The notes under the pieces: model-generated
Seen by the model: only the letters and a program-made list of their open reading frames with translations
The model's database searches: none
What the model was told of the DNA's origin: nothing
DNA from: a virus
Taxonomy: Duplodnaviria > Caudoviricetes
Direction: 5' to 3' (one strand)
DNA: 39,023 bases
Virus record (IMG/VR): IMGVR_UViG_3300037310_000168
Location: 1-39,023 of that record
Program-made: the position numbers and the translations under genes
Part shown: one piece after another, positions 1 through 9,297 of the stretch
Position numbering within the stretch: the stretch's first letter is position 1
Layout: each line of letters opens with the position of its first letter

Positions 1-425
1 AATAACCACTAAATCCAGAAGTACCAGTCTCTCCAGAATAACCACTAAATCCAGAAGTACCTGTTGGTCCAGAATAACCACTAAATCCAGAAGTACCTGT
101 TGGTCCAGAATAACCACTAAATCCAGATACTCCTGTTGGTCCTGAGAATCCTGAGAATCCAGAAGTACCAGTCTCCCCAGAATAACCACTAAATCCAGAA
201 GTACCTGTTGGTCCAGAATAACCACTAAATCCAGAAGTACCTGTTGGTCCAGAATAACCACTAAATCCAGAAGTACCTGTTGGTCCAGAATAACCACTAA
301 ATCCAGATACTCCTGTTGGTCCTGAGAATCCTGAGACTCCGGTTGGGCCACTGTAGCCAGAATATCCGCTAGATCCAGAGAATCCAGAGAATCCAGAGAA
401 TCCAGAGAAGCCGGAGACACCTGTG
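1..425. repeat. Coding tandem repeat, ~36-nt units plus 9-nt GFS units
   Basis: Near-identical copies of ccagaataaccactaaatccagaagtacctgttggt; encodes (GFSGYSGPTGTS)n. Confidence 0.9.
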
Positions 426-565
426 GCGGCTGGGACTTGGGTCCCAGTACCATTGTAGCTAGAAAAAACATGTCCATCATCGCTTACCGTTATTAAGTAG
501 TAATTTCCGGTTGGCGACTGAACGAACATTTGCTGGGTTGAATCAAAATTAAATTGTACTACCAT
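1..565 (-). CDS. Gly-X-Ser/Thr collagen-like fibre protein, partial (runs off window start); not in the ORF track
   Basis: ATG at 565 with upstream AAGGTG. Manual translation MVVQFNFDSTQQMFVQSPTGNYYLITVSDDGHVFSSYNGTGTQVPAATGVSGFSG..., paralogous to the N-terminus of 574..2079, then GFSGYSGPTGTS repeats. Confidence 0.85.
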   Translation of the reverse strand, partial: MVVQFNFDSTQQMFVQSPTGNYYLITVSDDGHVFSSYNGTGTQVPAATGVSGFSGFSGFSGFSGSSGYSGYSGPTGVSGFSGPTGVSGFSGYSGPTGTSGFSGYSGPTGTSGFSGYSGPTGTSGFSGYSGETGTSGFSGFSGPTGVSGFSGYSGPTGTSGFSGYSGPTGTSGFSGYSGETGTSGFSGY

Positions 566-573
566 GTTTCACC

Positions 574-2079
574 TTATAATTTATTTATTGACAACCGAAT
601 AGATGGTCGAATAGTCGCATTGGTTCCCACGGGAGCTAATTGGGCATTTGTAGAATCTGCGGCAAACTGCATTTTAAATGTATCGCCGGAAGTTACGGAG
701 AGTATAAAAGTATTGCTAACCTCGGATCTTGCATTATTAGATGTTAGAGTCATACCAGATTGGCTGCCAGATATTTCGGCATTATTTAGCAAACATCTTA
801 TTTCCGCAACAGATGTCGGGTTTGAATTTCTATTCATCGTTGCTGTATAATTGATCAAATGAGAGCTCGTTATATTTCCGGTAAATAAAACTCCGCTTTC
901 CGTATGCGTCCAGTTGTCTAAAATTACATTAGTGCTAAATGTTATATCTTGGAAAAAGTTGGTGCCAGTTACTGTTTGAGTGCCAGTATCATACACGAAT
1001 ACATTTGATGAAACAGATGAGCCTGTCCCGGGCGCGCCAGAGTAACCAGAGAATCCACTTACACCAGTTGGACCAGAATAACCACTAAATCCACTTACTC
1101 CCGTAGGACCAGAGTAACCACTAAATCCACTTACTCCCGTAGGACCAGAGTAACCACTAAATCCACTTACTCCCGTAGGACCAGAGTAACCACTAAATCC
1201 AGAAGTACCAGTTTCACCAGAATAACCACTAAATCCAGAAGTTCCAGTAGGACCAGAGTATCCAGAGAATCCACTTATACCAGTTGGACCAGAGAATCCA
1301 GAGAATCCACTTATACCAGTTGGACCAGAGAATCCTGAGAATCCTGAAGTACCAGTCTCTCCAGAATAACCACTAAATCCAGAAGTACCAGTAGGCCCAG
1401 AATAACCAGAAAATCCGCTAACCCCCGTAGGGCCAGAATAGCCAGAGACTCCAGTTGGACCAGAATATCCACTAAATCCGGATACACCAGTAGGGCCGCT
1501 ATAGCCAGAAAAGCCGCTAACTCCAGTAGGGCCACTGTATCCACTAAATCCAGAAGCGCCTGTTGGTCCGGAGTAGCCACTAAATCCGCTTATTCCAGTT
1601 GGGCCAGAGTATCCAGAGAAACCTGATACACCAGTCGGTCCAGAGTAACCCGAGAATCCTGAAGTTCCTGTTTCTCCTGAGTAGCCAGAGAATCCAGAAG
1701 TACCAGTAGGTCCAGAGTAACCCGAGAACCCCGACACTCCCGTAGGGCCAGAGTAACCAGAGTATCCAGAAGTGCCAGTTTCTCCTGAGTAACCCGAAAA
1801 CCCGCTTACTCCTGTTGGTCCAGAATAACCAGAGAAACCAGAGACGCCAGTAGGGCCCGAGTAACCAGAAAATCCAGACACCCCGGTTGGACCAGAGAAC
1901 CCAGAAAATCCACTAAACCCAGATACTCCTGTAGAAACTGGAAAAGCAGTACCCGTGCCTTCGTATTTAGCTTGTAACTGACCATCTTCGGAAATAGTTA
2001 AAAGATAATTTATTCCAGAGGGACTTTCGATATACCCCTGAACATCTGTTTCACTAAAAATGAATGCTATACCAGACAT
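574..2079 (-). CDS. Collagen-like (Gly-X-Ser/Thr) fibre protein with BclA-C/C1q-like C-terminal domain
   Basis: About 300 aa of G-X-[ST] triplets in 12-aa units, then a ~140-aa beta-rich domain (QTVT...DITF...LINYTAT...EISGSQ...VTSGD) resembling BclA C-terminal domains. Confidence 0.8.
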   Translation of the reverse strand: MSGIAFIFSETDVQGYIESPSGINYLLTISEDGQLQAKYEGTGTAFPVSTGVSGFSGFSGFSGPTGVSGFSGYSGPTGVSGFSGYSGPTGVSGFSGYSGETGTSGYSGYSGPTGVSGFSGYSGPTGTSGFSGYSGETGTSGFSGYSGPTGVSGFSGYSGPTGISGFSGYSGPTGASGFSGYSGPTGVSGFSGYSGPTGVSGFSGYSGPTGVSGYSGPTGVSGFSGYSGPTGTSGFSGYSGETGTSGFSGFSGPTGISGFSGFSGPTGISGFSGYSGPTGTSGFSGYSGETGTSGFSGYSGPTGVSGFSGYSGPTGVSGFSGYSGPTGVSGFSGYSGPTGVSGFSGYSGAPGTGSSVSSNVFVYDTGTQTVTGTNFFQDITFSTNVILDNWTHTESGVLFTGNITSSHLINYTATMNRNSNPTSVAEIRCLLNNAEISGSQSGMTLTSNNARSEVSNTFILSVTSGDTFKMQFAADSTNAQLAPVGTNATIRPSIRLSINKL

Positions 2080-2093
2080 TTATTATATCTCCA

Positions 2094-3221
2094 TTATATT
2101 TTACTTATCGAAAGTCGAATTGATGGCGCTACTGCGGTTCCAGTTCCCGCAAACGGAGCTATTTGTCCATCGGTAGTTGATCCCATAAGTTGATTTTTAA
2201 ATATATTTCCAGAGATAGCAGAGAAGATTATTCCATTGCTTATCTCCACCGGAACATTATTTGCCACTAGAGTTTGCACAGTTTGGCTTCCGTTTATTTC
2301 TGTTCCGTCCAATACTGCACGGATTTCCATTCGCACTGATGGTGTAGCTATCCTATTAACCGTTGCTGTATAGTTGGCCAGATAGTTTCCGCTTTCTAAA
2401 CATGTAAAGGATGCGGTTCCGGACGTATGCGACCAGCCCGATTTTAATGGGCTATTTGAATATGATATATCCTGGTATGAGTTTGCTACCGTTACTGTTT
2501 GGGAGCCAGTATGATACGCAAAAACAAATGCTGGCGTGGGAGGATTTCCGCTGTATCCGCTATAGCCCGAGAATCCACTTACTCCTGTTGGGCCACTGTA
2601 TCCAGAAAACCCAGAGACTCCAGTGGGACCAGAATAACCTGAGAAGCCGGAGATTCCTGTAGGTCCGCTATATCCAGAAAACCCGGAGGTCCCGGTCTCT
2701 CCCGAGTATCCGCTGAATCCGCTTATTCCTGTCGGGCCAGAATAACCAGAGAAACCAGAGGTTCCCGTGGGACCACTGAACCCACTCGCTCCAGTAGGGC
2801 CCGAGTAACCCGAAAATCCAGAAGTGCCCGTAGGGCCCGAGTAACCCGAAAATCCAGAGAATCCGGACACCCCCGTAGGACCAGAATAACCACTAAATCC
2901 ACTTACTCCAGTTGGGCCCGAGTATCCAGAGAACCCAGAGATGCCTGTTGGCCCGCTATGTCCAGAATATCCAGAGACCCCAGTAGGCCCAGAATAGCCA
3001 GAGAATCCGCTATAGCCAGAGAATCCGCTATAGCCAGAGAATCCGCTAGTGCCAGATCCGCCCCCGCCGGTGGAGGAAATTATGATCTCTTGGTTTGACG
3101 GGCTAACATCTATAGTAACACCTGTGCCAGGCAATAATGAACGCAAGCCCTGTAGAGGAATCGCTATTCCTGTTCCAGAGCCGAGATTGTTAAATGTTGT
3201 ACCTATTTTAACATCACTCAT
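2094..3221 (-). CDS. Collagen-like (Gly-X-Ser/Thr) fibre protein with BclA-C-like C-terminal domain
   Basis: Same repeat; C-terminal domain is clearly paralogous to 574..2079 (both end PSIRLSIxKx). Confidence 0.8.
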   Translation of the reverse strand: MSDVKIGTTFNNLGSGTGIAIPLQGLRSLLPGTGVTIDVSPSNQEIIISSTGGGGSGTSGFSGYSGFSGYSGFSGYSGPTGVSGYSGHSGPTGISGFSGYSGPTGVSGFSGYSGPTGVSGFSGFSGYSGPTGTSGFSGYSGPTGASGFSGPTGTSGFSGYSGPTGISGFSGYSGETGTSGFSGYSGPTGISGFSGYSGPTGVSGFSGYSGPTGVSGFSGYSGYSGNPPTPAFVFAYHTGSQTVTVANSYQDISYSNSPLKSGWSHTSGTASFTCLESGNYLANYTATVNRIATPSVRMEIRAVLDGTEINGSQTVQTLVANNVPVEISNGIIFSAISGNIFKNQLMGSTTDGQIAPFAGTGTAVAPSIRLSISKI

Positions 3222-4558
3222 TAGTTAGCACCTATAAAGGCCAAAGGATACCTGCCCCCATCCATATTTAATATGAATGGCTCAAATTGATTTGATCTTA
3301 CGATACCGCCGTCATTCGGTAGGCTTCCATATACATACAGTTTATTTTCATCTATAAAATATCCATAGATTACTCCGCTTTCGATGTACGGGAAGCGTGT
3401 TATGTAGTTTATTATTACCCATCCTTTAAAATCTATGATCTCGCCTATTGGATTAGAAAAATCAACCGGATCAAAGACTGCGACATTATATCTCGTAGGG
3501 GTTGTTGAGTTTGTACCAAAACCAGCTCCCCAAAAACCGCCAAGTATTATTATGTTTCCGCTATCATTTTCAAGAAGAGAATATGCTGTAGCGCCACCCA
3601 TAAAATTAAACGTTGATAGACCAAATGGAGTAATTTGATCAGACGGATATACCGGATCGAATGTTGTCTTATCGACTACCATAATGCCATTGCAAGATTT
3701 AGTAGCAGCGGAGTAATTTTTTGAATAACCTGAAAAAGTAGCAGGCCCGCTTAATAACCATAAATTGTTGCCTACTATAAACATTCTAGCAATAACCCCA
3801 TTATTGGAACTGCTCTGCTTGATCTGAGGAATCCAACCTAAACTTACGGGATTTAGCGGATCGGATACATCATATGCTCTAGAAACAGTAGCATCGGCGC
3901 TGCTGGCCCAAAAATAAACATAGCTAGTTGATGGGTCGACGCAAACAGCCAGAGAATACAGCGGAGTTCTTACTCCATTAGTATTTGGAGTGCCGTTGAT
4001 ATATGCGGGAACAAATGTTACCCCAAGGTCAATCGGCGTTAAATTATCCTCTTTAAATGATATTATAGCCGTCCTTGCGCTTACCGAATTTCCAAAAACA
4101 TCAGTGTAGTCATACATGAACTGGCCTGTCACGTAAAATGTCTGGGTTGAAGAATTGTACGCTATTTGACTTGAATACATTAAACCACCACCGGGGAATA
4201 AAGCTCCTCCTGGAGAGTTGCTTAGAGGGGTAAAGGTTAAAGAATTAATTTTTATAAATGAATCAAGAACGGTATCGTACACAACTATCCCAGCGCAATC
4301 CGAGGTGGTTATATTATTGTAGGTTACAGTAGTGAATTGCCCGGTGATAACTATTTTTGTTGCACCACTGCAGATAGAAAAAACGAGGCCATTGAATACC
4401 GGGCTAAATGGAAGCAGGCTACCATCAGAAGTGTCTATGGAAGCCATGCGATTTCTAGTCTGGCTATTCATAGAGGTAAAGGTTCCGGCCAAAAATAGAG
4501 CGGTTCCTATTTTTGCAGTAGCATATATGACACCATTTGGCTTGATATCTTTAATCAT
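3221..4558 (-). CDS. Putative beta-propeller-like virion/receptor-binding protein
   Basis: Repeats of type NGxVxA...xxGxFT...RxxxAxxD; lies in the fibre cluster; 1-nt overlaps with both neighbours. Confidence 0.5.
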   Translation of the reverse strand: MIKDIKPNGVIYATAKIGTALFLAGTFTSMNSQTRNRMASIDTSDGSLLPFSPVFNGLVFSICSGATKIVITGQFTTVTYNNITTSDCAGIVVYDTVLDSFIKINSLTFTPLSNSPGGALFPGGGLMYSSQIAYNSSTQTFYVTGQFMYDYTDVFGNSVSARTAIISFKEDNLTPIDLGVTFVPAYINGTPNTNGVRTPLYSLAVCVDPSTSYVYFWASSADATVSRAYDVSDPLNPVSLGWIPQIKQSSSNNGVIARMFIVGNNLWLLSGPATFSGYSKNYSAATKSCNGIMVVDKTTFDPVYPSDQITPFGLSTFNFMGGATAYSLLENDSGNIIILGGFWGAGFGTNSTTPTRYNVAVFDPVDFSNPIGEIIDFKGWVIINYITRFPYIESGVIYGYFIDENKLYVYGSLPNDGGIVRSNQFEPFILNMDGGRYPLAFIGAN

Positions 4559-5976
4559 TAGTATATGTAAAACCCTGCTATCGGTGCCGTCGTTGGAGCA
4601 TACATGCTTCCAGTTAACGTGACGGTGGTTCCGGATATTACGTATTGAGTCGTTGGCGCTAGCAATATTCCACTTACAAAAACCATGGCATAATTAGATA
4701 TTGGAGTATTCCCGATAGTAAACACTTTATTGACGCCGTCAGCTGTTCCTCCTAGTATTTCATTGAATACAAAATTTGAAACAGACTTGTTGTTCACCTT
4801 GTCCGTATAGATATTATTGAATGGTAGCGTCGAGGTACCCAGTGTGCCAACCCCAGAAGTGCCAGGATAAACATTGCCGCTAGCAAGGACTACATTGGTT
4901 CCAGAATCAAAATTTAAATCTCCGACCATTGTTCCGCCAGTAGACGATATGAACTGGGATAACGAATAACTAGAGACTACGTTATCGGCATATAATGTAC
5001 CTACTGGGTTAGAAATAGAGCCTATGTCGACAGTTCCAGATGATGCAAAATCTATAGATACCCCGCTATCTATAATTATATCAGACAAAAGATTTATCGG
5101 TGACATACCGCTTAGATTTGTTACATGCAATGTCTTGATAAACGCATCTCCGAACGGATTAGATGCATCACCAATATTGTTTACGCCAGAATCCTCATTC
5201 AATAATGCTGATCCGCTCCCAAACGTAAAGGTTCCAGTGACACTGTCACCGGTTCTAGAAACATAGTTTCCAGATAGGTAAGTAGTTAATCCTGTAGAAG
5301 TTATGTTGTCGGCGTATACATTGGAAAATCTTAATGCCGGACTGCCTATATTTCTTGTGCCGCTTGAGTCTGGAAGGATATCGGTGTAATATGTGACGCC
5401 ATTCGTGGCGCGCAGATATATATCTGTACCGCTTAGACTTAAGGTTGAACTGGCCACTAAATCAGAAACTATTGAATCGACTAAAAAGTCGTTGACATCA
5501 AAACTGGCGCTTCCTCCGGTACTAGAAATCGTAATACCAGTCTCTGCGATTAAATAGATTTGGCCATCTGAAGTTATATTTGATGTGCCAGTCATATCCC
5601 AGATCAAACCAGAGCTGGCAATGTTGTTAGTTATCAAGGTGGCCGGACTATCTACAGTAAGATCTCCGAGCATTGTTCCGCCAGTGAGCGCAACGAAGGC
5701 AAGGCTTCCAGAATACTGAAGATAGTTTAATCTATCGGCTAGGCTATTGAAAATATCTTCCGGATTTATACCAACGACTTCCTGCATCTTTTGAATAATT
5801 GTATAAATCGAGTTTACTTGTCTGGCTATTACATAATCGCCTGATTGGGTTATGATTCCAGTTCCAGAATCTCTTAGCTGGTCAAGAACATAAGAAACGG
5901 TTGGAGTCGTTGCTCCAGTCGGTTGGAGATCATAGTTTTCGGGATAATTAGAATTTCCAGTTATGTAAGTTGGCAT
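4558..5976 (-). CDS. Tail fibre/virion structural protein with four SGxxxIG...FxxxYxDxx repeats
   Basis: Repeats SGTRNIGSPALRFSNVYADNI, SGVNNIGDASNPFGDAFIKTL, SGTVDIGSISNPVGTLYADNV, SGVGTLGTSTLPFNNIYTDKV; C-terminal GxxDGxNxxF beta-domain; S/T/G-rich. Confidence 0.65.
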   Translation of the reverse strand: MPTYITGNSNYPENYDLQPTGATTPTVSYVLDQLRDSGTGIITQSGDYVIARQVNSIYTIIQKMQEVVGINPEDIFNSLADRLNYLQYSGSLAFVALTGGTMLGDLTVDSPATLITNNIASSGLIWDMTGTSNITSDGQIYLIAETGITISSTGGSASFDVNDFLVDSIVSDLVASSTLSLSGTDIYLRATNGVTYYTDILPDSSGTRNIGSPALRFSNVYADNITSTGLTTYLSGNYVSRTGDSVTGTFTFGSGSALLNEDSGVNNIGDASNPFGDAFIKTLHVTNLSGMSPINLLSDIIIDSGVSIDFASSGTVDIGSISNPVGTLYADNVVSSYSLSQFISSTGGTMVGDLNFDSGTNVVLASGNVYPGTSGVGTLGTSTLPFNNIYTDKVNNKSVSNFVFNEILGGTADGVNKVFTIGNTPISNYAMVFVSGILLAPTTQYVISGTTVTLTGSMYAPTTAPIAGFYIY

Positions 5977-5987
5977 TTATTCCTCTA

Positions 5988-6533
5988 TTAATAGTATATT
6001 TTTTCTACTGCGCCACTTTCGTAGATCTCATTAGGCGTTATGTATGACGCATCATGTTTAACGAAATCGAAAGCTATTTTATGGAAGCAGAAAGCAACAA
6101 ACTCGCTGCACCAGAATTTTTGTGGATCGGCTACCTTGTTATATCCGAAGAAGGTGATCCATTTAGTAAGCTTCATTTTATCGATCATGTATTTAACCAA
6201 TATCCCCATTAGGCCGAAAAGATCGTAACGTCTTCCTATAAATTGTTTAGAAAAATCAAGAACTTCGTATATTCTTTGAGGCATCAGTTTTGGCCTTGCT
6301 ATGAAAATCTCGATTTTGTCATCATCCAAATACTCATTTATATTTAAGACGCGCACTCCGTAGCCGTTCTGAGATTCAATTAACAAACCGTTACCAAGAT
6401 AAATTGCTATATGGCTTTGTTCGCTCGACGTTACCCATCTGACAAATCTGGATACCCAGTCCGGTGACTTGGTAAGAATTAAGTCCCCGGCTTTTAAAAT
6501 AGAAAGAAGGTATTCTTTTTTAACCTTTTGCAT
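5988..6533 (-). CDS. Permuted papain-like NlpC/P60 enzyme (YiiX/YebB/YaeF-like)
   Basis: LKAGDLIL, SHIAIY (His) preceding FWCSEFV (Cys), GRRYD and ITP motifs. Confidence 0.85.
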   Translation of the reverse strand: MQKVKKEYLLSILKAGDLILTKSPDWVSRFVRWVTSSEQSHIAIYLGNGLLIESQNGYGVRVLNINEYLDDDKIEIFIARPKLMPQRIYEVLDFSKQFIGRRYDLFGLMGILVKYMIDKMKLTKWITFFGYNKVADPQKFWCSEFVAFCFHKIAFDFVKHDASYITPNEIYESGAVEKIYY

Positions 6534-6798
6534 TCTTGGTGAATTTGTTCTTGTATCGAATATACAGCATTGTCGCTATCAAAAATAGCTGAGACAAAAC
6601 TACAATCCATAAATTATTAACTAATGAAAAATAGATCGTCAACCCAGCAAAGTGCAGGATCAAAGATATAGTTGCCAAGATACTAAGGGGACTTATGTCC
6701 CCCGTCTTGTTCTTGATGCGTGATATCATATTGCTTAAATTGATACCAAATAATATAGTTATGATAAAATAAATGATCGCAATAGTGTAGCTAAGCAT
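6520..6798 (-). CDS. Small membrane protein with three TM helices (holin-like or PQ-loop-like)
   Basis: Three hydrophobic segments and a basic C-terminal tail. Confidence 0.55.
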   Translation of the reverse strand: MLSYTIAIIYFIITILFGINLSNMISRIKNKTGDISPLSILATISLILHFAGLTIYFSLVNNLWIVVLSQLFLIATMLYIRYKNKFTKNAKG

Positions 6799-6809
6799 TT
6801 TTTCTCCAG

Positions 6810-6998
6810 TTATTTTTTATTTATATCAAACGCGCCGGAATAAGAATCTCCGAGTATATCTGCAAAGTCTTGCTTGTTTTTCTCCAGCCTTTGCTTGACC
6901 TCTTTATTTTTCTCAGCACCAGTATCTAGTTTATCCTTTACGCTATTGACATAGCTTAGAAAGTTGCCCAAGTTGCTTCCTTCAATCCTAGAATCCAT
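6810..6998 (-). CDS. Hypothetical protein
   Basis: Fills the operon gap; GGAGCAGGAA upstream. Confidence 0.6.
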   Translation of the reverse strand: MDSRIEGSNLGNFLSYVNSVKDKLDTGAEKNKEVKQRLEKNKQDFADILGDSYSGAFDINKK

Positions 6999-7016
6999 TT
7001 CCTGCTCCCGCTCAGA

Positions 7017-7637
7017 TTAGGAAAATATATGCTTGATAGCTTCTAAAACACTACCCAACACACTTCCGCCTGTTATAATACCTGTTATGACTAAAGATAA
7101 TGCAAGTATAATCATAAGTATGGTTTTTATATTTTTTATGGCTTCCCATAAATTTGAGAAAAATGAAGAGAGCTCAAATTTTTTGCCTTCCTCTCCATCC
7201 CCTTCTTGTTTCTTCTTCTTTTCCGACTTCTTATTTTCAATGGCTGCAACCTTGTTTTCTAACCTTATTTCATGAAAATAATCTTTTAAGCTTTGGATTG
7301 CATATTTGGTTTCTTTGATGTGGGTATTTACTTCTGACTCCACTTTGCTTGTCAATATATCGAGTTTTGACCCGAGAAGTCCAAGAGTTTGAATAATCTC
7401 ATGAGTGTATATATCCTGCTTTGCCTGTTTCTCGCGAATCTCTTTCATTGCGAAGGCGATGGCATGTAAGTTATCGCTTATCGTGGCTATCATCTCTGTT
7501 TTTTCGGCAGAATCCTTGTCAAGGCTTGAGAGAGTTGTCTGCAGAGAAACAAGCGTATCCAATAGAAATTGATCCATAACAATTTCATTATTTTGATTAT
7601 CGGAATTATTTGTATCCTCAGGCATCCTGGTCACCAA
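7017..7637 (-). CDS. Coiled-coil protein with C-terminal TM helix (start may be ATG 7625)
   Basis: Heptad-like N-terminal region; ILMIILALSLVITGIIT hydrophobic segment. Confidence 0.65.
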   Translation of the reverse strand: MVTRMPEDTNNSDNQNNEIVMDQFLLDTLVSLQTTLSSLDKDSAEKTEMIATISDNLHAIAFAMKEIREKQAKQDIYTHEIIQTLGLLGSKLDILTSKVESEVNTHIKETKYAIQSLKDYFHEIRLENKVAAIENKKSEKKKKQEGDGEEGKKFELSSFFSNLWEAIKNIKTILMIILALSLVITGIITGGSVLGSVLEAIKHIFS

Positions 7638-7947
7638 TCCTTACTTCCATTGAAATTATTGAATCTGCATCTTCCAACTCGGAGTTTTCCATATCTTCTC
7701 TTAGTTCGTTAAAAGCTTTAGCATCTATGGCTCCTGATGAAAACTTTTCAACCAGATCTTGTTCTTCTTCCTTATAATCTCTTGGTAAAACATTGGCAGG
7801 AACTAGTGTTGCTCCGGTTCCTGGGACTACAGCCACAAAAAAGCTGTCTTTAACAAGATCCTGGATTTCCGGATTTTTAGACGATAAAAGATCCGCCGGT
7901 TCCGTTATTCTTGTTATCTTTTTGGGCTTCTTTTTTTCCATAATCAA
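7618..7947 (-). CDS. Hypothetical protein
   Basis: ORF in the co-directional operon; overlaps the upstream gene by about 70 nt. Confidence 0.6.
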   Translation of the reverse strand: MIMEKKKPKKITRITEPADLLSSKNPEIQDLVKDSFFVAVVPGTGATLVPANVLPRDYKEEEQDLVEKFSSGAIDAKAFNELREDMENSELEDADSIISMEVRIGDQDA

Positions 7948-8191
7948 ATACCTTTATTGATGGATTATGCTCCTGGGTTCTGGTTTTAACATTTGGGCCA
8001 CCGATCATAATTATACCATTTTTCATAATTACATTTTTAGACGCGGGATTAGAGGTTGTCGTCTCAGCCTGTGGAGCACCAGGTCTTGCTGGGGCAGAAC
8101 GACTAGGCAAAGAAACACCCCCGACTCCGGTTTGGCGGAATCGATCTTTAGCTCTTTTAAATGACTCTTCATAAGGATTTTGGGCAGGCAT
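7877..8191 (-). CDS. Hypothetical protein
   Basis: AAGGGGA RBS and an AT-rich promoter-like region upstream. Confidence 0.6.
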   Translation of the reverse strand: MPAQNPYEESFKRAKDRFRQTGVGGVSLPSRSAPARPGAPQAETTTSNPASKNVIMKNGIIMIGGPNVKTRTQEHNPSIKVFDYGKKEAQKDNKNNGTGGSFIV

Positions 8192-8216
8192 AAGATCCCC
8201 TTTTCTTTAATAAAAG

Positions 8217-8226
8217 ATTATAAAAT
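8217..8226 (-). promoter_or_regulatory. Candidate -10-like late promoter element ATTTTATAAT
   Basis: The TTTTATA(A/G) core recurs in five intergenic regions on the coding strand. Confidence 0.4.
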
Positions 8227-8257
8227 TTACGGGGAAATTTAATTAAATAAACTAAAT

Positions 8258-8770
8258 TTAGGAGGGAACGTATTCTTCGTATTTAAATTTGGTGGCTCCA
8301 GGGAAACGCTTCAATATAAATTGTTTATAGGTTTCAAAATCAACTGTTTTTTCTCCGGAGTCATCATATATTGTGTAACCAGATCTGTATGATCCATATG
8401 CCCGTGCCAATTTATTGCCACGGCCGTCGGTCCATTCTATTAGGCTGTTTTCTGGAGCTATCCATGAAGGATTTGGAGTATTTCTTGTCTGATATCCATG
8501 AATTTTCCAAACCCGCTCACCATTTTCCCATTCAGTAGATGGCAAATCATTTTCTCGATGCTCCTGGCCATCTTCGTCTATCCACTCTAAATATCTTGAA
8601 TCAGGACTAGATTTATATGGATAGCTTTCTATGATACTGTGATCGAATAGTTTTTTAAGTTCGACCATGACATCCGGTGTATATTTATCAAATCCCACTA
8701 TATTTGCTATAGCAGGGCGGTCAAATTTTTTACGTTGACCAAGATAGGCTATAAAGTATCTGTAATTCAT
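8258..8770 (-). CDS. IAYLGQ-leader protein with HRxxxLP/xEW repeat domain
   Basis: Start MNYRYFIAYLGQRKK at 8770 via ATGA overlap; HRENDLPSTEW motif; paralogous to 8767..9297. Confidence 0.75.
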   Translation of the reverse strand: MNYRYFIAYLGQRKKFDRPAIANIVGFDKYTPDVMVELKKLFDHSIIESYPYKSSPDSRYLEWIDEDGQEHRENDLPSTEWENGERVWKIHGYQTRNTPNPSWIAPENSLIEWTDGRGNKLARAYGSYRSGYTIYDDSGEKTVDFETYKQFILKRFPGATKFKYEEYVPS

Positions 8771-9297
8771 TCTGGCCAATCCTTTGGAATGATTTTTCCC
8801 TTTTTACTTATTTTTCCAGCCCAGTAGTCGGCGTCGGCTTTAGGAAATAACAAAGTTATTCTTAATTTATAGTTGTCTATATCCTTTTGATCGTCGTAAT
8901 CCTTTTGATCGTCGTAGACTGTGCCATTTATGATAACAGGATCCCCGCCCCCAAGATACCACCAAACATTTTCATAGGCTTTATTCACGAGCGCCGGTCC
9001 AGCATTCCTATGTATTTTATCATGAATAAAGTACTCTTTTGCACCGTCTGGCCATTCTTTTGCCGGTAAATTGCCAGGTCTGTGAATGACACCATGCGGA
9101 GTTCGCCAAATAATGATCTTGGAACGCTCAAACATTTTCTTATCTGGTGCGCTTTCTATCTCTCTTTTCTCCATCATCTCATTTAACAAATCTATTATTT
9201 CTGGAGTAAAATTATGAAAACCAGTAAGATTTTCGATATATGATTTTGATATCGAGCGGCTTTGCCCAAGATAGGCTATTAAATATCTATAATTCAT
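8767..9297 (-). CDS. IAYLGQ-leader protein with HRxxxLPA/HRxxGPA repeats
   Basis: MNYRYLIAYLGQSR; HRPGNLPAKEW, HRNAGPA; FPKADADYWAG shared with the upstream gene. Confidence 0.8.
   Translation of the reverse strand: MNYRYLIAYLGQSRSISKSYIENLTGFHNFTPEIIDLLNEMMEKREIESAPDKKMFERSKIIIWRTPHGVIHRPGNLPAKEWPDGAKEYFIHDKIHRNAGPALVNKAYENVWWYLGGGDPVIINGTVYDDQKDYDDQKDIDNYKLRITLLFPKADADYWAGKISKKGKIIPKDWPE

Noticed and set aside
1-3060. 36-nt periodic repeats as a CRISPR array
   Set aside because: No unique spacers; variation is at synonymous positions within open Gly-X-Y reading frames; no cas genes.
7925-7945. A-run as a programmed -1 frameshift joining 7877..8191 to 7618..7947
   Set aside because: The downstream ORF is in the +1 frame and has its own ATG; no tape-measure context.
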